A stretch of 64,000 bases of DNA from an uncultured Candidatus Saccharibacteria bacterium (GTDB lineage Bacteria; Patescibacteriota; Minisyncoccia; Phycocordibacterales; UBA1006), in NCBI GenBank assembly GCA_964350165.1, contig CAYGJA010000001.1:312377-376376 (forward strand). The letters run 5' to 3'. Positions within the stretch are counted from its first letter, which is position 1, and the number at the start of each line of letters is the position of its first letter. Below are positions 51,430 through 57,015 of the stretch, in pieces. The notes under the pieces were generated by a model that saw nothing but the letters and a program-made list of their open reading frames with translations, made no database searches and was not told the origin of the DNA. Both the position numbers and the translations under genes were made by a program.

Positions 51430-53404
51430 TCTCATGCACGGTGGCACCGGTGCCATGATAGTCTTCCGTGGTCTTGGTGATTTCAAAACCAAAAGTATCG
51501 AGATAATTCTGCAACATAGGATTCTCTGCATACACATCAGCCACAAAAGGCTTCTGGCTTCCCATATCAGCAATCACTTTTTTCAAAAGCTCGGACCCCA
51601 CTCGTGATCCTTGGATGGTTGGATTAACATTAAACGACGCCCCATACCACGCCCCCCCATCATCAATTACGCGCATAACTGCCAAGACATCCTCGCCCAT
51701 TTTTACGTACACAAACTTTTGCTCAGGATTCTCGGAGGCAAGTGCCTCGGCCAGTGTCCCTCGCCAATACTCCTTTAGTTTTTCGGGGTACTGCTCGGTA
51801 TTAGACTGATGCATGGTGCGGATTTGCTCCGCAAAATTATCTGATAAAGGCGGGGTTTCTTGCACCAGCTCCAACTGACTGAATTTTTCAAAATCAAAAC
51901 TCTCTTCTTTTACCAATTGGCGCGTCACTGCCCCCATGGCAAACACCGAGGACTTGGCCAAAGCAAGACGCTGAGCAAGTTCGCGTCCGATATCTTGGCA
52001 AGTTTCGTCAACGCATTCTTTTGCGGCTGCCCCATATTCCCTTAGCAAACGCACTCCCTGCGTGTACAGATGAAGCTTCACATCTTTTATTCTCTCTAGC
52101 GTAGAGTCAGGCTGATCTTGTAGTATCTCAGTCACCCCATCAACGGCCTCGACAATTGCTGCATACGTAGAAAAAATCTTTTCTACTGCTGGCTTTGGAA
52201 GTTTTTCTGAAATTGTAAGAATATGCTTGCCTGTTTGCTCATCTCCATGTGCCAACGCAAGAAAAGACTGGACCCCCTCTGTTCCATAATTATGTGCAAG
52301 CGCCTTAATCTGCTCGAAAGAAACGCCAGATGCATCTGGGTGCTGCTTGATAAATTGCAAAAACTGATATTGCGCCGGAAGTGACAAGTCAGCCAAGGAG
52401 ACCCTGAGCTCCACCTCGAGCCGTTCGCGCATTGGTTTAGAGAGGATATACGCAAAGTCATACATATCTTGATCTCTCAGAGAATCTTTTTGAGCAACAA
52501 CAGATACAAGCTCTTTTGAAATAGGCTGCATAGAAAGTTCTTTGGTGGCACGATACAGCCGACTCTGAGCCGTGCGCTTGGTAGGGATAGGAATGAATTC
52601 ACCACCCATATCAATATTTCCAAACTCAAACTTTTGTGGCGTATCAGTTGGAATACGTCCTGCTTCGATTTCTTGGGCCTGCTCAGAAAGCTTTACCGCC
52701 TTTTCTCTCGATTGACGATCAATCAAAAAAACCCGATGACTATTCACCCAGCCATAATGATTTCCAGAGAGCCTAAAAGGAGCAATATCCGCATGGATCT
52801 CCGTAGGTCCATTATCGGATTCTTTCTTCATGGCTATCAGTAAAGCTTCGGCGCGGAACTTTAACAGTGGTGACAGCTTGGGTTCGCTAAGAATGTCATC
52901 TACAAGCCAGTGCATGTTGCCAGTGCGAGCAGTAGGGTTGGGAGCACTGTGACTAGCACGATAAGCATTAAGTAGCGTGTCTAGGAGCATCCCTAAGCGA
53001 AAAAAATCACCCTCATCAACCAGCTCTTTCACTGCTTTCTCCGTGGCGTTATTATCAAACGTAAAACGATAACTAAAATTATGAGCCAACTCACCCAAAA
53101 GACGATGCTGCACGGTGTCCTCAGGCGCTATCTCTGATTGAAACAAGGCGTCAAGCATGGTTTGGGCCGACACCTTCTCCCGCAAATAGTTACGAATGTA
53201 TTGTGCCGCGAATAAGCGCTGATCTGTTTCCGGCAATGCCAGTGTGTGTAGATAGAGCTGATCTTTCTCGGCCGAATCAAGCCTATCTAATGTGCCAGCT
53301 ATTTCAGCTGCATCCATACCTTTGCATGTCTCAAAAATTACAGCCGGACTTCTTGCTTCTGGGCGCTCAGGTGGCGATGCGGGTGGTGTTTCGGGTTGAT
53401 GCAT
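51407..53404 (-). CDS. Large hypothetical protein with C-terminal GNAT domain
   Basis: YGASFNVNPTIQGSRVGSELL acetyl-CoA motif, Y..FGF. Confidence 0.75.
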   Translation of the reverse strand: MHQPETPPASPPERPEARSPAVIFETCKGMDAAEIAGTLDRLDSAEKDQLYLHTLALPETDQRLFAAQYIRNYLREKVSAQTMLDALFQSEIAPEDTVQHRLLGELAHNFSYRFTFDNNATEKAVKELVDEGDFFRLGMLLDTLLNAYRASHSAPNPTARTGNMHWLVDDILSEPKLSPLLKFRAEALLIAMKKESDNGPTEIHADIAPFRLSGNHYGWVNSHRVFLIDRQSREKAVKLSEQAQEIEAGRIPTDTPQKFEFGNIDMGGEFIPIPTKRTAQSRLYRATKELSMQPISKELVSVVAQKDSLRDQDMYDFAYILSKPMRERLEVELRVSLADLSLPAQYQFLQFIKQHPDASGVSFEQIKALAHNYGTEGVQSFLALAHGDEQTGKHILTISEKLPKPAVEKIFSTYAAIVEAVDGVTEILQDQPDSTLERIKDVKLHLYTQGVRLLREYGAAAKECVDETCQDIGRELAQRLALAKSSVFAMGAVTRQLVKEESFDFEKFSQLELVQETPPLSDNFAEQIRTMHQSNTEQYPEKLKEYWRGTLAEALASENPEQKFVYVKMGEDVLAVMRVIDDGGAWYGASFNVNPTIQGSRVGSELLKKVIADMGSQKPFVADVYAENPMLQNYLDTFGFEITKTTEDYHGTGATVHEITWTEPE

Positions 53405-53514
53405 ACGTCAATTATACCAGCAGATATTTAATTATAGGGAAGGATTCTATTGCTTTTTTATTTCTGTTTCCATTTAGATGGAGTCGCAGAGGGTCTTGAA
53501 GCTATTTTCTGCAT

Positions 53515-53555
53515 AAAAAAAAAAGAAGTCGCGACCAATTGGTAAACGACTTCTT
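53515..53555 (-). terminator. Intrinsic terminator ending the RNA-rich operon
   Basis: AGAAGUCG-uuuacc-aauu-gguc-g-CGACUUCU followed by a long U run. Confidence 0.8.
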
Positions 53556-53568
53556 CTATTATTTTTAA

Positions 53569-53800
53569 AAACCCCATTTCTCCGATTGCTCGGCGCCTTA
53601 TTGGGTTGTGAATAGTGTGCCTGGGCTTGGTACGAAAGAACCTATTTATTCAGCATCACCGCGGCATGCTCCAGGGCAAGCTCCCTGCTAGGATAGACGG
53701 CAAAGAAGCCTGTGGAGTGAGGCGCGGTCCGAAACCCAACGCCATCACTCCTCGGCATTCTCTTACTTCATATCGAATGCCCAAAATAGTTTATCCTGTA
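53569..53800 (-). ncRNA. Unassigned structured RNA (~230 nt)
   Basis: Minus-strand hairpins GGCAUUC/GAAUGCC, GGAGUGA..GGCG..GGU-UUCG-GACC..CGCC-UCACUCC, CAGGG/CCCUG, AGCAU/AUGCU, CCGA-GCAA-UCGG; closing helix AGGAUA/UAUCCU. Confidence 0.65.
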
Positions 53801-53853
53801 ATTTTTATCAAAGAACGAACTTTCGATGAGGGTTCAAGCTTGCTCAAACCCTC

Positions 53854-53887
53854 AAAAAAAAGGGCGAAGCTAATTTATAACCTCGCC
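53854..53887 (-). terminator. Intrinsic terminator after the second hammerhead
   Basis: GGCGAGGUUA-UAAAU-UAGCUUCGCC-C-U8; the G-U pairs work only on the minus strand. Confidence 0.8.
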
Positions 53888-53904
53888 GAATCATTTTTTT
53901 CTGA

Positions 53905-53987
53905 AGACACATTTCGGCCTAACATATATTTGTGCGTACACAAATGCGGCCTTCTTCAGGAGAGCGCTTTACGCCCTCGATGTGTCT
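53905..53987 (-). ncRNA. Type III hammerhead ribozyme (HH2)
   Basis: AGACACAU-C^GAGGGCG-UAAAG-CGCUCUC-CUGAAGA-A-GGCC...GGCC-GAA-AUGUGUCU: 8-bp stem III, AUC triplet, 7-bp stem I, CUGANGA and GAAA core. Confidence 0.9.
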
Positions 53988-54091
53988 ATCTTGCCGGGAT
54001 CATGTCAGTGATTCCACCTGTTGCCAGTCCGTACTTGATTCGGGAGTGACAATGTCTGGGCTGACGTACGTAATCCAAGTTGTCGGCAATT

Positions 54092-54664
54092 TTAGTGTAT
54101 CATCCAGGTGCGGTCTGACTGTTCGCCACACTCATAATTCCCCGTGACAGGATTATAGGTGTAGAAGGTCAGATCAAAGCTGAGTCCAGTAAGTTTTCCA
54201 ATATGGAACCCTAAATACTGGGGACCTTGAAGGAAAAGGTGGATTTTGCAGTGCTGATGTTGGTTAATCAACCTAACTGCTTCAACTACCATTTTCTTCA
54301 TGTCAGAATCAGTGAGATCGCTTCGTCCAAGCAACACTTGGGCATCAACAATATCATCTGGTTCAATCCCGGCTCCGAGTACGGACTTCATTGCCTGAAC
54401 GACAGGTCGGCTTACCTTAACGATTAGAACGTAATCATTATTGGTAGCCTTTTTGGCATAAGCTTTTTTCTTTTCCTTCTCGGTAAAGACAAAAGCTCTT
54501 GCCAGTGCGCCGATAGTACCTCCCGAAAGACCCGGCTCGAGGATAGTTCCCCATAAGCCTTGCCATCCATCAAAGATCCAGACTACGGCGACCATAATGA
54601 TAAAGCCAGCGATACCCCAAACCAAAATGGAGAGGTTTTTTTTAATCATATTTAAAATAGCCAT
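54092..54664 (-). CDS. 2TM + SAVED-like domain protein
   Basis: Two N-terminal hydrophobic segments; C-terminal KIHLFLQGPQYLGFHIG...FYTYNP..GNY matches the SAVED C-terminal signature; start moved to MAILNM. Confidence 0.8.
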   Translation of the reverse strand: MAILNMIKKNLSILVWGIAGFIIMVAVVWIFDGWQGLWGTILEPGLSGGTIGALARAFVFTEKEKKKAYAKKATNNDYVLIVKVSRPVVQAMKSVLGAGIEPDDIVDAQVLLGRSDLTDSDMKKMVVEAVRLINQHQHCKIHLFLQGPQYLGFHIGKLTGLSFDLTFYTYNPVTGNYECGEQSDRTWMIH

Positions 54665-54765
54665 GGTAAATGTATTTATTGAGTTGAGAAAAGTAACACT
54701 CTCGATCACTCAAGATCATTACTTTTCCCAACTCGCACCAATGGCACAAGAATGTAAAGAACTAT

Positions 54766-54816
54766 CTGCTTTCATCCTTTTGGAATCATCAGTCAGGATA
54801 CACATCCTGATAGCAG
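54766..54816 (-). ncRNA. Type III hammerhead ribozyme (HH1)
   Basis: CUGCU-A^UCAGGAU-GUGU-AUCCUGA-CUGAUGA-U-UCC-AAAA-GGA-U-GAA-AGCAG: stem III, CUA triplet, 7-bp stem I, intact core, U.U at 10.1/11.1. Confidence 0.85.
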
Positions 54817-54894
54817 CCGGGCTAATGAAATTCATTAGGACCCGGACAAGAATTTTTGTAGTGTCAGCCAGGCCGCTTGCGCGGGGGCGACGGG

Positions 54895-54912
54895 ATCGAA
54901 AACTCTTTCTGC
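54895..54912. repeat. 18-bp inverted repeat, left arm
   Basis: atcgaaaactctttctgc, exact reverse complement of 56005-56022. Confidence 0.95.
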
Positions 54913-55013
54913 TTCTTTGAAGTAGGTGGACTATCTGTACCCATGTTTTGCAACAGTGCTACTAGCTTTCGCATTCGCAGTGGAGCAAAAATGGAGATAA
55001 ATTCACCAAGTTG

Positions 55014-55892
55014 TTACTTCAAAAGTTTTTCCAGCTCTTCGCGGCTGGGCGCGTCGGCCGGCAGGTCAGCCAGGACCCGGTTAGCCAAGTCTCGGGCGAC
55101 AACGAGAGGCGCACCAACCAGCTTGATCTCCTTGCCTCGTTGACGCTCGGCTTGGAGGTCAATGATCTCAGCGACCTCGAATGGGGCTCCGCGCTCTTTT
55201 GCGGCGCATCGGACCAGATTAGGCCAGGCGCCAGCCAGGCGGTACACGACCATGGTGTGAAGGACCGTCAATGCCCCAAGACCGGAATGGTACAGCAATA
55301 CTCGACCGGACTCCCAGTCGGCCACCGTGATTCCAACGGCATTGGCCTTTTCCAGAATCACGTCGATGATCTTGTTTTTACCCTCGCCGGCAATCGCCTT
55401 GTTGTCTATGGTGTTGATGGGGTTTACCCATTGACCATCGACGTTTTCAGCGAAATTTACAGGCTGGACAGGTAGACCACCGGGTAGACGTTCGCCCAGC
55501 TGCTGAAGAGCTAGCTGGCTGAGCGGATGACCCGTGACCAGTACGTAGTACTTTCCGGTCAATTCGCCCTGGAGACGTTGCGGACGATAGTTCCGGGTGA
55601 TATTGTGACCCCAATCATTGAGATCAACAAATACCGGATCGGTACCTGGCGTACACATCCCCGCTGCCTTGGGAAGCCCCCAACGGAGCTCGCCCTGGGC
55701 GATCAAGGTCACAGCAGCATGACCCTGGCCCGGCAGGACCAGCTTTTCAGCGGCCTTGATTTCAGCGCCGTGTTCGGCGATATAGGCAGCGACCAGTTCA
55801 GGCATGCTGGCGTCGAGGGTGGGAGGGGTGTTCATTGTGTGTGTCAGTACACCTGCTCCAGAAAACTGACTGCAAGAAAATACATTTGCCAT
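55014..55892 (-). CDS. Csx15-like protein, apparently tandem-domain
   Basis: GHPLSQLALQQL, GITVADWE, LAGAWPNLVR, PFEVAEIIDLQAER match the recalled Csx15 pattern (SHPL...EWQ...G.FP..R...EVAE..NLQ..R); N-terminal half looks like a degenerate copy. Confidence 0.75.
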   Translation of the reverse strand: MANVFSCSQFSGAGVLTHTMNTPPTLDASMPELVAAYIAEHGAEIKAAEKLVLPGQGHAAVTLIAQGELRWGLPKAAGMCTPGTDPVFVDLNDWGHNITRNYRPQRLQGELTGKYYVLVTGHPLSQLALQQLGERLPGGLPVQPVNFAENVDGQWVNPINTIDNKAIAGEGKNKIIDVILEKANAVGITVADWESGRVLLYHSGLGALTVLHTMVVYRLAGAWPNLVRCAAKERGAPFEVAEIIDLQAERQRGKEIKLVGAPLVVARDLANRVLADLPADAPSREELEKLLK

Positions 55893-56004
55893 AACAAATT
55901 TTGGTTTAATGATTCAACAATATATTGCTCACCAAACACCAATACTCTGATGTCCGAAGAGCAATATACTGCTTCACCAAAAAACCTTTACCTGCCATGA
56001 CATT

Positions 56005-56022
56005 GCAGAAAGAGTTTTCGAT
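56005..56022. repeat. 18-bp inverted repeat, right arm
   Basis: gcagaaagagttttcgat, pairs with 54895-54912. Confidence 0.95.
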
Positions 56023-56053
56023 ATGGAAAGAACGGGAGTAGTAGTCTGCGTGA

Positions 56054-56082
56054 ATAATAGCACTTTTTAGTCAACTTGTCAA
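56054..56082 (-). promoter_or_regulatory. Near-consensus sigma70 promoter driving the Csx15/SAVED/ribozyme operon
   Basis: TTGACA (56082-56077), 17-nt spacer, TATTAT (56059-56054) with extended TG. Confidence 0.8.
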
Positions 56083-56225
56083 GTCTATACAAATACAACT
56101 ATTTGTTGCGACATTACGGAAAAAGACACGTTCTGTCTAGCAATCATCGACATTTTGTCATTTATAATCCACAAAATATTTATTTTTTTGAAAAACCGGC
56201 TTTTTCTGTGCTATTTTGTAGGTAT

Positions 56226-57011
56226 ATGACTGACAATTTAGATAGTAATCCAAATTACCAGCACCTGCTTTCTGTTGGATGCTCCCCATTAGAGGCAGAG
56301 CTATATTTGCGCCTCCTATCTCGCCCACTGGAACGGGCCAGTAGTCTCGCAAAATCAACCAACGCCGGACGGACAAACGTCTACTATGCCCTGGATCAGC
56401 TCGAATCCATGGGCCTGGTAGCCAAAATCGACAAACCCGGTCAGGTGGCGCGCTATACCGCCACCAAACCCAAGCAAGCATTTGGCAACCTGAAATCAGC
56501 CACCAAACAGGCTTCGGATGCAAAAATTGACGCCTTGGACAGCCTTATTGGTTCCTTGCAGAGCCAATACAATTACCTGCGCGGCGAACCAAACGTGCGC
56601 TTTTTTGAGGGGCTCTCCGGACTCGAACAGCTGTATACCGATATCTTACGCGAAGGCGAGGACATACTCTTATTTCGGTCTCATCTTGATAACGATATCC
56701 CAGGACTGCGAAAGCTCGTAGCAAATCAAATACAAGAACAGGTGAGAAAGCGGATTCATACCCGTGCGCTGGTGCCTACCTATGCTGGCGGGCATCGTCG
56801 GGATATAGTCACCGAAGACAAAGAGCGACTCGTTGAGCGCCGGTCTCTGCCCCGTGACAAATTTCTACTACCCGCCCAAATCATTGTCTATAGCAACAAG
56901 GTTGGCATAACCACCTTTGACGACCTGTCAGGAACGACGATTATCGAAAATCCTGTTATTGCCACTACGCTTCGAGTGCTCTTTGATTTGTTGTGGGAAT
57001 TTGGAGATTAG
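56226..57011 (+). CDS. TrmB-family transcriptional regulator (second copy)
   Basis: GCSPLEAELYLRLL..GRTNVYYALDQL wHTH, EPNVRFFEG, IIVYSNKV...FDLLW; start moved to MTDNL. Confidence 0.88.
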   Translation: MTDNLDSNPNYQHLLSVGCSPLEAELYLRLLSRPLERASSLAKSTNAGRTNVYYALDQLESMGLVAKIDKPGQVARYTATKPKQAFGNLKSATKQASDAKIDALDSLIGSLQSQYNYLRGEPNVRFFEGLSGLEQLYTDILREGEDILLFRSHLDNDIPGLRKLVANQIQEQVRKRIHTRALVPTYAGGHRRDIVTEDKERLVERRSLPRDKFLLPAQIIVYSNKVGITTFDDLSGTTIIENPVIATTLRVLFDLLWEFGD

Positions 57012-57015
57012 CGCC

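Noticed and set aside
53569-53800. tmRNA, RNase P, SRP or retron msr-msd identity for the structured RNA
   Set aside because: No tRNA-like ends, GAGGAAAGUCC or SRP loop motif, and no reverse transcriptase in the window.
53615-54147. Plus-strand ORFs of 144 and 71 aa
   Set aside because: They are antisense to HH2, a terminator and the structured RNA, have no protein-like motifs, and the G-U pairing supports the minus strand.
54817-54845. Possible twister ribozyme (GGGUCCUAA…GCCC)
   Set aside because: It folds as a simple hairpin; the P1/P2 and pseudoknot partners needed for a twister were not found.
54597-55143. Plus-strand ORFs of 107 and 88 aa
   Set aside because: Shadow frames over HH1 and the ends of the real minus-strand genes.
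54895-56022. IS element or MITE defined by the 18-bp inverted repeat
   Set aside because: The enclosed ORF is not a transposase and no target-site duplication flanks the arms (cggg vs atgg); kept only as an RNA-stem or inversion hypothesis.
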